In this document: piece by piece, positions 27,484 to 37,064 of the stretch | Layout: each line of letters starts with the position of its first letter | Position numbering within the stretch: the stretch's first letter is position 1 | Assembly (NCBI GenBank): GCA_964589975.1 | Contig: CAZPVH010000001.1 | Location: 164,853 to 228,852, forward strand | Source: an uncultured Candidatus Saccharibacteria bacterium | Lineage (GTDB): Bacteria; Patescibacteriota; Minisyncoccia; Phycocordibacterales; CSBR16-119 | Reading direction: 5' to 3' | DNA length: 64,000 nucleotides | Position numbers and translations under genes: made by a program | Notes under the pieces: generated by a model | What the model was told of the DNA's origin: nothing | What the model saw: only the letters and a program-made list of their open reading frames with translations | Database searches by the model: none

Positions 27484-27630
27484 ATGACTAAAAGATCAAG
27501 CGTAGATATCCGGCCGCAGAACGCCAATCCACGAAAGACGAAGAAGCGTCTTGCCGTGAAGAAGGCTATGCTGGCTGACCGCGCAGCAAAAAAAGCTGCC
27601 GCTAAGCGAAAAGCTTGGAAGAAAAAATAA
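27484..27630 (+). CDS. 48-aa Lys/Arg/Ala-rich protein, not in ORF track
   Basis: MTKRSSVDIRPQNANPRKTKKRLAVKKAMLADRAAKKAAAKRKAWKKK; TATAAT 9 nt upstream. Confidence 0.7.
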   Translation: MTKRSSVDIRPQNANPRKTKKRLAVKKAMLADRAAKKAAAKRKAWKKK

Positions 27631-27676
27631 TAGAAAAAGTTTAAGCCCCGCACACGTGTGCGGGGCTTCAGCTTCT

Positions 27677-28003
27677 TTATGGGTGATCGGGGATATGGTG
27701 CTTGATGCGGAAGTTCTCCAGGTCGCGTTGCAGACGCTTCAGGGTTGCCTGATAAGCGGCTTCGATCATGTCATCCATGTCTTTGCCGGCATAATCCTTG
27801 AGCTGGCGATCCCGCATGTTCTTGGCGTCTTTCATTCCTTTGGCGGTGTCGGCCCGGAGTTCCTTGTAGTCACGTTCCACGAGCGAATTCGTGTGACGCT
27901 GGAGGTAACCGGCGAACTGTTCAAGAGTCCGTTCGAGCAAATTGACGTATTCGGCGGTAGATCTTGTCGTTTCTTCTTGTAGGGCAGTGTTGGATGGGTG
28001 CAT
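27677..28003 (-). CDS. Helical hypothetical protein, paralog family member 3 (accessory unit)
   Basis: YKELRADT and LENF shared with 23996-24337; TTGACA-N16-TATTAT; hairpin at 27643-27668. Confidence 0.65.
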   Translation of the reverse strand: MHPSNTALQEETTRSTAEYVNLLERTLEQFAGYLQRHTNSLVERDYKELRADTAKGMKDAKNMRDRQLKDYAGKDMDDMIEAAYQATLKRLQRDLENFRIKHHIPDHP

Positions 28004-28099
28004 GGATTTCGTTTTTTCTTATAATACCCTCTAATGTTTTTTTGTCAAATATGTCGTTCTAGAATACAATTAATTTATTAGAGCTAACAAACTTCTTTC

Positions 28100-29017
28100 A
28101 TGAAAAATATAATCTGGGGAATAGCGGGAATTGCACTTATCGTCATCATCATAATCCTCTCAGGTAAAAATAATTCCGCCGCGCCAACACCGAGCAATTT
28201 GAATCCGGACGGCATGGAGACAAGCGGACTGATGCCGCGGCTTACTTCTAATGTTTGGGTTTGGCAGAAGACGGCTTATGAGGACGGCAGCTCCATGACA
28301 CCGAATCATCCCGGGGCTTTTACAGTGCAGTTCATGACCGATGGCACGGTTACAGGCACGACTGACTGCAACGACTGGGGCAGCAAGTTTACTTTGGGTG
28401 AGGATGGGACAATTCGTCTCGAATCAATTGTTAGCACTTTGAAGTTCTGTGAGTATTCCGAGGAGTCGCCGTATTTCTCTAGCATTGGCGGCGCCGATAA
28501 AATTAATTTTGCCGAGAATGGCGATTTATTGCTCACGATTGAGATTGATAATGTTGGCCCCATCGCCACTATGACTTTTTCTTCGGCGGACGCGCCGTCC
28601 GAGTCGGGTGATTGGAACAGCACAACGAGCGGCGGTAAAACTTTTAAGTATCCGGCAAGTCTCGGGACGAAGTACATAAGTCTGACAGATTGGCCGCCTG
28701 TTCTGAATATTACTAATGAGGCCTTCTCTTGTTTTCAGGCGGGAGCGGAGATAGAGCGCGCCGGGGAGACAAAAACAGAAGTCATCAATGGCCATACCTA
28801 TTGTGTAACGCGTGTGAGCGAAGGCGCTGCTGGAAGCATGTATACGCAGTACGCGTACGCGAGAGCGGCCGGATCAAAAACGGAAATCCTGATTTTTACT
28901 CTCCGCTTTGTTCAGTGTGGAAATTATAATGAGCCTGAAATGTCTAAATGCCAATCCGAAAGGAACGCATTCGATATTGGTCCGGCAGTAGATAAGATTT
29001 TCCAAACAGTTAAATAA
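28100..29017 (+). CDS. Membrane-anchored META-domain protein
   Basis: GTTDCNDW and STLKFC. Confidence 0.8.
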   Translation: MKNIIWGIAGIALIVIIIILSGKNNSAAPTPSNLNPDGMETSGLMPRLTSNVWVWQKTAYEDGSSMTPNHPGAFTVQFMTDGTVTGTTDCNDWGSKFTLGEDGTIRLESIVSTLKFCEYSEESPYFSSIGGADKINFAENGDLLLTIEIDNVGPIATMTFSSADAPSESGDWNSTTSGGKTFKYPASLGTKYISLTDWPPVLNITNEAFSCFQAGAEIERAGETKTEVINGHTYCVTRVSEGAAGSMYTQYAYARAAGSKTEILIFTLRFVQCGNYNEPEMSKCQSERNAFDIGPAVDKIFQTVK

Positions 29018-29055
29018 CTATAGATAGATCAAAAATTGTGGTAGTCTCTAGACCT

Positions 29056-30540
29056 ATGTCAAAAGACGAGACAATCCTCCGTTTCGAAGAAGTCAGTTTC
29101 GAATACGGCCCCTTGAAGCCTATCCTCGACGAGGTGTCATTTTCTGTGCGCCGCGGCATGAAGCTGACTATCATGGGTCAGAACGGCGCAGGGAAGTCGA
29201 CACTCTTTAGTCTCATCACCGGCGAATCCGAACCGAACTCCGGGGTTATAAATATTACAAATGGCACGACCATTGCCATCGCTCGCCAGGTCATCCCGCG
29301 GGATCAGATGGACATGACGGTGCGAGAATTTTTCCAGAACTGTTTTAAGGAAAAGATCTATGATATTGATCCGCGAATAGACGAAGTCTTGGAGATCGTG
29401 CATTTGAAAGGCCATGAGAAAGTTCACGATCGCGTTATCAAAACTTTTTCAGGTGGTCAGCAGGCGCGTATATTACTCGCTTCCGCGCTCATTCAGGAAC
29501 CGGATATATTGCTTCTCGACGAGCCGACGAATAATTTAGATAAAGCGGGAATCGAGCACCTGACTAAATTCCTAGTTGACTATAGAAAAACGTGTCTGGT
29601 AATTTCTCATGATGCCGAATTTTTGAATTATTTTACAGATGGCGTCCTTTATCTTGACGTACATACAAAAAAGATTGAGCGTTATGTCGGAAATTATTAT
29701 GACGTCGTGAAAGACATAAGCGCGCGAGTCGAAAAAGAAAATATAAAGAATGCCCGGCTTGGGAAAATTATTCAAGCCAAGAAAGATCAAGCAAATGTCT
29801 TCGCGCACAAGGGTGGGAATCTTCGTGCGGTGGCCAAAAGGATGCGTGACCTAGCTGCCGATTTAGAAGAAGAGCTTGTTGATGTTCGTAAGGAAGACAA
29901 GACAATTAAGTCGTTTACGATTCCGTTCCAAGGAGAAGGACTTATTGGTGACCTGATAATTTTTGATAGTGTCTCAGTGATTCACAACCATAAGCCCAAA
30001 ATCAAGAAAGTTAATATTAAGCTGAAGAAAAACCAGCACCTATTACTCAGGGGTCCAAATGGTATAGGTAAGTCAACACTACTTGAAAGCATTGCGAGAG
30101 GCACTGCGGGCGGAATGCGGCTGGGAGATGGTGTCCGTATTGGATATTATCGTCAGGACTTCTCGACGCTAAATTTCAGTCAAACAGTGTACGAATCTCT
30201 AAAAGACGGCATGGCTGTAGCAAACATGCCGCTAAATGATGAGCGTTTGCGGGCAACGGCCGCGGGGTTTCTGATCACCAGCGACGTGATAAATACAAAA
30301 ATTGGCAGTTTGTCAGAGGGGCAAAAGGGTTTGGTTGCCTTCGCGAGGCTTGTTTTAGAGCGACCGGGACTCCTTATACTGGATGAGCCCACAAATCACA
30401 TAAATTTTCGTCACCTGCCGATAATTGCTGAGGCGCTTGATAAATTTGAGGGCGCAATGATATTGGTCTCCCACGTGCCAGATTTCGTTAATCTGATTCG
30501 AATTGATGAAATTCTAGATCTAGACAAAAAATCTTCTTAG
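29056..30540 (+). CDS. ABC-F family ATPase
   Basis: Two NBDs (GQNGAGKST, GPNGIGKST, LDEPTN twice), no TM helices. Confidence 0.93.
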   Translation: MSKDETILRFEEVSFEYGPLKPILDEVSFSVRRGMKLTIMGQNGAGKSTLFSLITGESEPNSGVINITNGTTIAIARQVIPRDQMDMTVREFFQNCFKEKIYDIDPRIDEVLEIVHLKGHEKVHDRVIKTFSGGQQARILLASALIQEPDILLLDEPTNNLDKAGIEHLTKFLVDYRKTCLVISHDAEFLNYFTDGVLYLDVHTKKIERYVGNYYDVVKDISARVEKENIKNARLGKIIQAKKDQANVFAHKGGNLRAVAKRMRDLAADLEEELVDVRKEDKTIKSFTIPFQGEGLIGDLIIFDSVSVIHNHKPKIKKVNIKLKKNQHLLLRGPNGIGKSTLLESIARGTAGGMRLGDGVRIGYYRQDFSTLNFSQTVYESLKDGMAVANMPLNDERLRATAAGFLITSDVINTKIGSLSEGQKGLVAFARLVLERPGLLILDEPTNHINFRHLPIIAEALDKFEGAMILVSHVPDFVNLIRIDEILDLDKKSS

Positions 30541-30576
30541 TTTCTTCAGATTTTCCAAATGTGGTAAAATACAGAC

Positions 30577-31113
30577 ATGGAAAATTCAAACACAAAAACT
30601 TGGCAGATAATCCTGGGATTAATTATAGTAGCAGTCATAGCTTATTTATTGGTTAAGGCACCAGACCCTGTTGCGCAACAGCCAAACTCTGAAGAGCCTG
30701 TCGTAGAAACTGACCCTTTTGATGATCCAAATGTTAAGGCCGAACAGCTTTGCTACATCTGGAATACCGAAGCAGGAGACAGGGCCCAGCTCTCAATGGA
30801 TATCAGGGGTGGTGAAGTTATAGGGGAATTTAATTGGCTGCCGGCAGAAAAAGATAAAAAGACCGGCGTATTTGTTGGTAATGTAACAGGTAGTGCTGGG
30901 GAGAGGATGGTAAATGCCTGGTGGGAAGCAAGCGGGGAAGGCATGACCAACCAAGAACAAATAATTATTAAGTTTGGAAACGGTATCGCGGCAGTCGGAT
31001 TTGGTGAGATGAAGCAATTGGCGGATGGACGATGGGCGTACGCAGATCAGAATAATCTTTCGTTCGCGCCCAATCTTTCTGAAACAGATTGTGGGGACAG
31101 TGCAATGGATTAG
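30577..31113 (+). CDS. Membrane-anchored hypothetical protein
   Basis: N-terminal TM helix; PAEKD..G; paired Cys. Confidence 0.75.
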   Translation: MENSNTKTWQIILGLIIVAVIAYLLVKAPDPVAQQPNSEEPVVETDPFDDPNVKAEQLCYIWNTEAGDRAQLSMDIRGGEVIGEFNWLPAEKDKKTGVFVGNVTGSAGERMVNAWWEASGEGMTNQEQIIIKFGNGIAAVGFGEMKQLADGRWAYADQNNLSFAPNLSETDCGDSAMD

Positions 31114-31129
31114 TATTTACAAATTAACT

Positions 31130-31160
31130 TCCGCCTTCGCTTAATAAGCTACGGCGAGAC
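31130..31160. repeat. Short REP-like palindrome
   Basis: CGCCTTCGCTTAATAAGCTACGGCG imperfect hairpin. Confidence 0.5.
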
Positions 31161-31164
31161 AAAA

Positions 31165-31227
31165 ATGGGAAAAGGAGATTTTAGCCAGCGCAAAGAAAAA
31201 AAGAAACCAAAGAAGCCGAAAGCATAA
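31165..31227 (+). CDS. 20-aa basic micropeptide, not in ORF track
   Basis: MGKGDFSQRKEKKKPKKPKA followed directly by terminator 31231-31262. Confidence 0.55.
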   Translation: MGKGDFSQRKEKKKPKKPKA

Positions 31228-31315
31228 ATTAAAAAAAGTCTGCCGAGTGGCAGACTTTTTTTAAGTTATCCTCTTTGATATCAGAAATTAAGTTTGTAAA
31301 ATATAAGAGCTAGTA

Positions 31316-34300
31316 ATGTTTAAATCAATCTGGAAAAATAAAAACGGAAAAATATTCGTAGCGCTTTTTCTTACGTTCGCTTTTTTGCTACTCAGTTCCG
31401 GGTTTGCTGAGGCCGTTGCACCAACAGTTATAACTGGCGCGGCAACAAGTATCACCAAAACAAGTGCGGTATTGGCGGGGTCCATTGCAAATAATGGCGG
31501 TGAAATCATAACCGATACCGGTTTTCAATTTGGCCTTACCGCAAGTTATGGTCAAACAATTGCTTCAACAGATAACACGACAGAATTTTCTTCCAAATTC
31601 GGTTCATTTGGTAGTGGTAATGGGCAGTTTGCAAATCCTTTTGACATAGAGTTTGATTCCGCCGGCAATATATATGTTCTAGAATTAGACAACTCTCGCG
31701 TGCAAAAATTTAACTCCGCAGGTGTCTACCAATCACAGTTCGGTACGTCCGGTGTAGGGGACGGGCAGTTTCAATTTCCAAGGGGCCTCGGCATAGATTC
31801 AGATGACAATATATATGTAGCTGATCTTGCTCGCGTCCAAAAATTTAATTCTTCTGGGGTATACCAATCACAACTTACTGGCAGCTTTACAAACCCCTAT
31901 GATGTTGGAATCGACTCCTCAGACAATGTATATGTTGTAGACACCGGAGAGCAAGAAATTGACATTTATAATTCAGCCGGGGTCTTTCAGAGCACCATTG
32001 GTGCGTCCGGTTCCGGAAATGGTGAGTTTAATGACCCAATGTTTATAGCCTTTGACTCCTTGGGAAATTTTTTTGTAACAGACTTTGGGAATCATCGTGT
32101 TCAAAAATTTAACTCCGCAGGTGTTTACCAATCACAGTTTGGTACCACCGGTAGCGGCAATGGGCAGTTCAGCTATATCCGGGGTATTGATATAAATTCA
32201 GAGGATTATATTTATGTGAGTGACATAGATACAATGCGTGTTCAAAAATTTAACTCCGCAGGAGTTTACCAATCACAGTTCGGATCACTTGGCTCTAGTG
32301 ACGGGCAGTTTAATGGACCATATGGCGTCAAGATTGATAGCCTGGATGCAATATATGTTGCTGACTCATTGAACAATCGTATTCAAAAGTTAACTGAGCA
32401 GTTTTCAGCAAGCTTGAATGCTGTAGTGCCGGCTTTGACTTGTGGTACGACCTATCACTATCGGGCATATGGAACAAACGCAAGTGGAACTAGTTATGGA
32501 AACGACGCAACTTTTACAACTTTGGCTTGCGAGGATTACTTGGTTAGAACTGGGATCGCTTCATCTATTACCGACACGACTGTATCACTTACAGGTTCTC
32601 ATGAGGGCGAGGGAAGTCTTAATATTACAAGTCGTGGGTTTGAATATGGTGCCACGACATCCTATGGACAAAGTTCAAGCGAAGCAGGAGATCTTTTTAT
32701 TGATGATTTTGGGAGTTCGGGTGGCGGTGGCGGAAATGGTAGTTTTGTTTTCTTGAATACAGCCGGTACGGATACGGATGGAAATATATATACAACTGAT
32801 CAATTTGAGGATGTTGTCCAGAAATTTGATTCAAGTGGAAATTTTGTTGATCAATATAATGTTAGTGCTCCGGCGCCTGGAGGGGTAACCATTCCCTCAT
32901 CCGTAAGGGGGGCTCCCGATGGAAAAATATATATCGTTGATTTTACAAATAGTCAGATCGTTAGATTTGATGATAACGATTTTACTAATCCGACCCTTTT
33001 TGCTGCTGGCGCAGGACTTTCATCTCCAACCGACATAGCTTTTGATAGCGGTGGTGGTATTTATGTTGCCGACTATGGAAACAATAGGATTGTTAAGCTG
33101 AATTCTTCCGGGGCAGTGGTATTAGAAATTGGAGAGGGCACTGGTTCTGGTGATGGTGAGTTTACAGGCGTTGCCTCTCTAGGAATTGATTCATCAGGAA
33201 ACATATATGCAGTTGATTCAGGAAACAACAGAATCCAGAAGTTTAATGCCTCGGGTGCATATGTCGGCCAGGTAGGAATCGCCGGGAGTGGCAATGGGGA
33301 GTTCGGTTTTTCAATGTTTTCATTTTTGTCCGTTGATGAGAACGACTATGTTTACGTAGCTGATACTTCTAATAACAGAATTCAAAAATTTAATTCGAGC
33401 TTAGTCTATCAGTCTCAGTTTGGTGTATCTGGAACAGGGAACGGGGAATTTTCTAGCCCTGCAAGTGTCGCTATAGGGGCAGATGGTTCTCTTATTGTTT
33501 CTGATTCAGGAAACAATAGAATTCAGATATTTAATGAAAATTTTAGTCGTGATATATCTGGGCTTACTTGCGGAACTACATATCACTATAGAGCAACTGC
33601 CTCCGGCCCGGATGGTACAGAGACGGGAGATGATGATACATTTACCACGTCAGCTTGTCCTGGTGGTTCAAGTGGCGGCGGCGGTTCTAGCGGAACTCAC
33701 TTTATTTGTATCGATCCTTTGGCCCTTAATTACACTAATGATCTGGCCTTCGGCAAAATAAATAACAAAATCTGTAGATATCCTAAAAAAGATACGCCAC
33801 CAAATGAACTTTCTTGCAATACGCCCATATATTTAACTCGTCCAGTAAAGTACACCTCCATCAACGATCCAGCCGATGTTAAGCTTCTTGAGAAATACTT
33901 AAACACTTACGAAGGGTACTCGCTTCCTGTGGACGGTATTTATGCCAAACCTGATTTCGATGCCGTTGTAAAATGGCAGGAAAAATACTACTCTGAAATC
34001 CTGAAGCCGTGGGGACTAGCGAAGGGCACAGGGTATGTATTCTTAACCAGTTTAAAGAAGATCAAATCTATCCACGAGGCAGAGTGTGCCAAGCAAGGAA
34101 CCGCTTCCTTAATGGATGGATGCTATCTATATGATCAAAAGCTAAAGCGCGGCGATAACAACAATTTCGTCAAATTCGCGCAAAAGGCGCTTAGGGCTTC
34201 CGGAAGTTTGGCTGGTACCGCTGACGGAAAATTTGGACCGGCGACAGAGCTTGCCGTGAAAGATTTTCAAAAGAAAAATAATCTGTATGCGGACGGTATT

Positions 34301-34351
34301 ATCGGCGCAACTACTGGTAAGAAGCTTGAAGGTGTAAAATGCAGCATATGA
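31316..34351 (+). CDS. Secreted NHL-repeat protein (two propellers) with FN3-like linkers and C-terminal peptidoglycan-binding domains
   Basis: Repeated G.F..P..I..DS..N.YVAD..N.RIQKF; GTTYHYRA twice; DGKFGPATELAVKDFQ. Confidence 0.92.
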   Translation: MFKSIWKNKNGKIFVALFLTFAFLLLSSGFAEAVAPTVITGAATSITKTSAVLAGSIANNGGEIITDTGFQFGLTASYGQTIASTDNTTEFSSKFGSFGSGNGQFANPFDIEFDSAGNIYVLELDNSRVQKFNSAGVYQSQFGTSGVGDGQFQFPRGLGIDSDDNIYVADLARVQKFNSSGVYQSQLTGSFTNPYDVGIDSSDNVYVVDTGEQEIDIYNSAGVFQSTIGASGSGNGEFNDPMFIAFDSLGNFFVTDFGNHRVQKFNSAGVYQSQFGTTGSGNGQFSYIRGIDINSEDYIYVSDIDTMRVQKFNSAGVYQSQFGSLGSSDGQFNGPYGVKIDSLDAIYVADSLNNRIQKLTEQFSASLNAVVPALTCGTTYHYRAYGTNASGTSYGNDATFTTLACEDYLVRTGIASSITDTTVSLTGSHEGEGSLNITSRGFEYGATTSYGQSSSEAGDLFIDDFGSSGGGGGNGSFVFLNTAGTDTDGNIYTTDQFEDVVQKFDSSGNFVDQYNVSAPAPGGVTIPSSVRGAPDGKIYIVDFTNSQIVRFDDNDFTNPTLFAAGAGLSSPTDIAFDSGGGIYVADYGNNRIVKLNSSGAVVLEIGEGTGSGDGEFTGVASLGIDSSGNIYAVDSGNNRIQKFNASGAYVGQVGIAGSGNGEFGFSMFSFLSVDENDYVYVADTSNNRIQKFNSSLVYQSQFGVSGTGNGEFSSPASVAIGADGSLIVSDSGNNRIQIFNENFSRDISGLTCGTTYHYRATASGPDGTETGDDDTFTTSACPGGSSGGGGSSGTHFICIDPLALNYTNDLAFGKINNKICRYPKKDTPPNELSCNTPIYLTRPVKYTSINDPADVKLLEKYLNTYEGYSLPVDGIYAKPDFDAVVKWQEKYYSEILKPWGLAKGTGYVFLTSLKKIKSIHEAECAKQGTASLMDGCYLYDQKLKRGDNNNFVKFAQKALRASGSLAGTADGKFGPATELAVKDFQKKNNLYADGIIGATTGKKLEGVKCSI

Positions 34352-35610
34352 GGCTCAGCAATAGAACCTGGGACACCGTAGCAAAAATTCTAATAATTCT
34401 TTTGGTCCTGGCAGTACTCGGGAAGATTTATATTGATAAAAAGATCGGCAGCATAAATGTGCCGTCAAAGGAAAATCCGACAGAAACTGAATCTGTAGGA
34501 GAAGAAGTTTCATTTTTGAAGTTACCGCCAGGCTTCAAGGCGATATATTTTGCCAAAGGAGTTGATGGCGCCCGGGTTATGGAATGGGATCCGAACGGCA
34601 GGATGATCGTCTCGCAGACCAGTGAAGGCAAGATTTCTGTTCTTGAAGATGTGGATGGGGATGGGGTTGCTGAAAAGGCAAAGATCCTAATTGACGGACT
34701 CGACAAGCCTCATGGTCTAGTCATGAAGTGTAGTCCTGTTGGTAATCCGCCATGCCACTTGTATGTCGCGCAGCACGGCGAGCTTTCGCGGTATGTGTAC
34801 GACGCGGAAATAATGACAGTATCTGATTACACCAAACTTTTGGATTTGCCCAAATCAAAAGCAGATCGGCATTTTACACGTACTATACTCGATATGAGTA
34901 CAGTCAAAGAAAACAAACTCCTCATTTCCGTCGGATCATCTTGCAATGTTTGCGAGGAAGAGAACGATATGCGGGGGAAGATCATTTCTTACAATCTTGA
35001 TACTAAAGAAGTCACAAAATACGCCAAAGGTCTGCGAAATGCCGTATTCATGACCAGGAATCCGATAAACGGAATAGTTTTTTTGACTGAAATGGCGCGC
35101 GACGGACTCGGGGACGATATTCCGTCCGATGAAATAAACATCATTGATCCCTCAACGGTCCAGCAGGAAGGTGCACCGTACTTTGGCTGGCCGCTTTGCT
35201 ATGGAAAAAATATTCACGACGGAGATTTTGATAAAAAAAATTACATACGCGATCCTTGTTCGGATATGGATCCTTCATTTGCTGACTTGCAAGCGCATTC
35301 CGCTCCGCTCGGTCTCTCTTTTATTCCCGAAGAAGGCTGGCCGGAGGAATACTGGTTCGACCTGCTCATTGCGTACCATGGCTCATGGAACCGCTCTGTG
35401 CCGACGGGTTACAAGATTGTGAAAATGGGAGTTGACGGCAAGGGTAATCCACAGCCAGTGGAGGATTTCATTACCGGCTGGCTGACGTCGGAGGGTGAGA
35501 AGCTTGGACGACCGGCAGATATAAAGGCCATGCCTGGAGGAGTAATTTACATTACCGATGATATGAATGGCGTCGTCTATAAAATTTCTAGAACCGAAGA
35601 AGCGCGTTAA
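34348..35610 (+). CDS. PQQ-dependent glucose/sorbosone dehydrogenase family protein
   Basis: GSSCNVC, GLRNA, AHSAPLG, HGSWNR, GRP. Confidence 0.92.
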   Translation: MRLSNRTWDTVAKILIILLVLAVLGKIYIDKKIGSINVPSKENPTETESVGEEVSFLKLPPGFKAIYFAKGVDGARVMEWDPNGRMIVSQTSEGKISVLEDVDGDGVAEKAKILIDGLDKPHGLVMKCSPVGNPPCHLYVAQHGELSRYVYDAEIMTVSDYTKLLDLPKSKADRHFTRTILDMSTVKENKLLISVGSSCNVCEEENDMRGKIISYNLDTKEVTKYAKGLRNAVFMTRNPINGIVFLTEMARDGLGDDIPSDEINIIDPSTVQQEGAPYFGWPLCYGKNIHDGDFDKKNYIRDPCSDMDPSFADLQAHSAPLGLSFIPEEGWPEEYWFDLLIAYHGSWNRSVPTGYKIVKMGVDGKGNPQPVEDFITGWLTSEGEKLGRPADIKAMPGGVIYITDDMNGVVYKISRTEEAR

Positions 35611-36128
35611 TATTTGACGCAATAATTCTCGTCGCTGACGCAGATGTTTCCGTCATCGATGATGATGCGAGTTTCTGTGTCGCGATAGTCAAAGTGAATG
35701 TCCTTGCCGAGATTGACCGCAATGATGATGACGGCGGCTATGGCGAGCGCGAGGAGTATGGCTCCCGTAATGATCTCGTGATTTTTGTAGCGGTTCTTCA
35801 TTTTGGCGAGTGACCAGAAGCCTTTGGTAATGAGGGCTACCGGCCAATAGACTATATAGAGCACTGACGTGATCAGAATAGAGAGGACGTAGGGCGGAAT
35901 GCCGAAGAAAACGGTGTAACCTAGAAGCTTGCCAGAAACCAGAACTGTTACGACGCTTGCGAGCCAACTTATGCCAATGGCAACCAATACGATGGAAAAG
36001 ATTACAGCAACCAAGCTAAAAAAGACCTTGAATAAGGTCAGATGCGGTTTTTTGGCCGGGTGTGTTTGGATTCGGTAGGCCGGTTTTGGGGTCTCACCGA
36101 TGACTTTCCATTCATGGTTTAAATCCAT
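35607..36128 (-). CDS. 3-TM hypothetical membrane protein
   Basis: TAGAAT 6 nt before ATG; hydrophobic segments. Confidence 0.7.
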   Translation of the reverse strand: MDLNHEWKVIGETPKPAYRIQTHPAKKPHLTLFKVFFSLVAVIFSIVLVAIGISWLASVVTVLVSGKLLGYTVFFGIPPYVLSILITSVLYIVYWPVALITKGFWSLAKMKNRYKNHEIITGAILLALAIAAVIIIAVNLGKDIHFDYRDTETRIIIDDGNICVSDENYCVKY

Positions 36129-36235
36129 GGCCGTATTCTATTCTCATTCTCGTAAATATCAACTATTTTGACTCTTGAAAATATTTATGCTTTAATGCGG
36201 GAGAAACAAGAACATACACAAAAAAGAGGGAAGAG

Positions 36236-36976
36236 ATGGAAAAAGAGGTAGAAGGCGTGAAGGAGATGAGCGAGCTCGATTACTTCACAGAGATCGACAA
36301 GAATGCGATCAAAAGGGGTTATGGACGCTCGCGCCACCATGAGATGCGCAGTCAAATGTGGCAGCGGATGGTAGAGCTTAACCCCGAGCTGAAGAGTGAG
36401 GGTGGTCAAGGACCAACGGCGGTGTATACCTACACTTCGTCGGTTAGCAATATGACCTCCAAGATCTGCACTGGCTTCATCATTGAAGCCGGAACATTCA
36501 AGAAACGCGGTTACATCTTCTGTCTGATCGAAGACCCTGAAGAGAGGGATGCGAATGGAAACCCGAAAGTCGTGTACTGGGCAACGCTCACGAAGCGGAC
36601 CATGACATCGAGCATGGTTTATAAAGTCGACATGCGTTCATGGCTTTGTATGGAGCGGACTCGTAATGCACCGATCTGCAAAGATCCAGCGTGTCGGAAG
36701 CGCTTCCGTTTCCGTTCAAAGTATCACGAAACGACCGGCAGGACTTCGCACTGGTGGCAGTGTCCGAATGTTTTGCACCACGGACCGGGCAAGTGTCCTC
36801 GTAAGGGACCTGACTACAATCTGCCGTCAGAGCTCAAGGATTTTGTGAAAATCGAGCGCGCCAATCGTGATCGTGACACACTTGATCCCCGCCGAAAGAG
36901 TCCCAGAAAAGGGAAGTTCGGTAAACGAAAGGCCACATGGAAACGAGGAAAGCGTGCAGTTGCCGCTACTTCCTAG
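36236..36976 (+). CDS. Basic Cys/His-containing hypothetical protein (accessory unit)
   Basis: CKDPAC...WWQCP...C Zn-ribbon-like motif; TTGACT-N17-TTTAAT; hairpin at 36984-37007. Confidence 0.7.
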   Translation: MEKEVEGVKEMSELDYFTEIDKNAIKRGYGRSRHHEMRSQMWQRMVELNPELKSEGGQGPTAVYTYTSSVSNMTSKICTGFIIEAGTFKKRGYIFCLIEDPEERDANGNPKVVYWATLTKRTMTSSMVYKVDMRSWLCMERTRNAPICKDPACRKRFRFRSKYHETTGRTSHWWQCPNVLHHGPGKCPRKGPDYNLPSELKDFVKIERANRDRDTLDPRRKSPRKGKFGKRKATWKRGKRAVAATS

Positions 36977-37064
36977 GAGAACGGGCCCCGACTTGTCGGG
37001 GCCTTTTCATTGGAAAAAATAGGATTTTGGGTTAGAATAGCCGGGTAAATTAACAAATATCAAT

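Noticed and set aside
31690-32290. Near-identical ~45-bp repeats (CAAAAATTTAACTCCGCAGG...CCAATCACAGTT) as a CRISPR array or DGR
   Set aside because: They are in-frame NHL repeat codons; spacing is too long for CRISPR and no cas or reverse transcriptase gene is present
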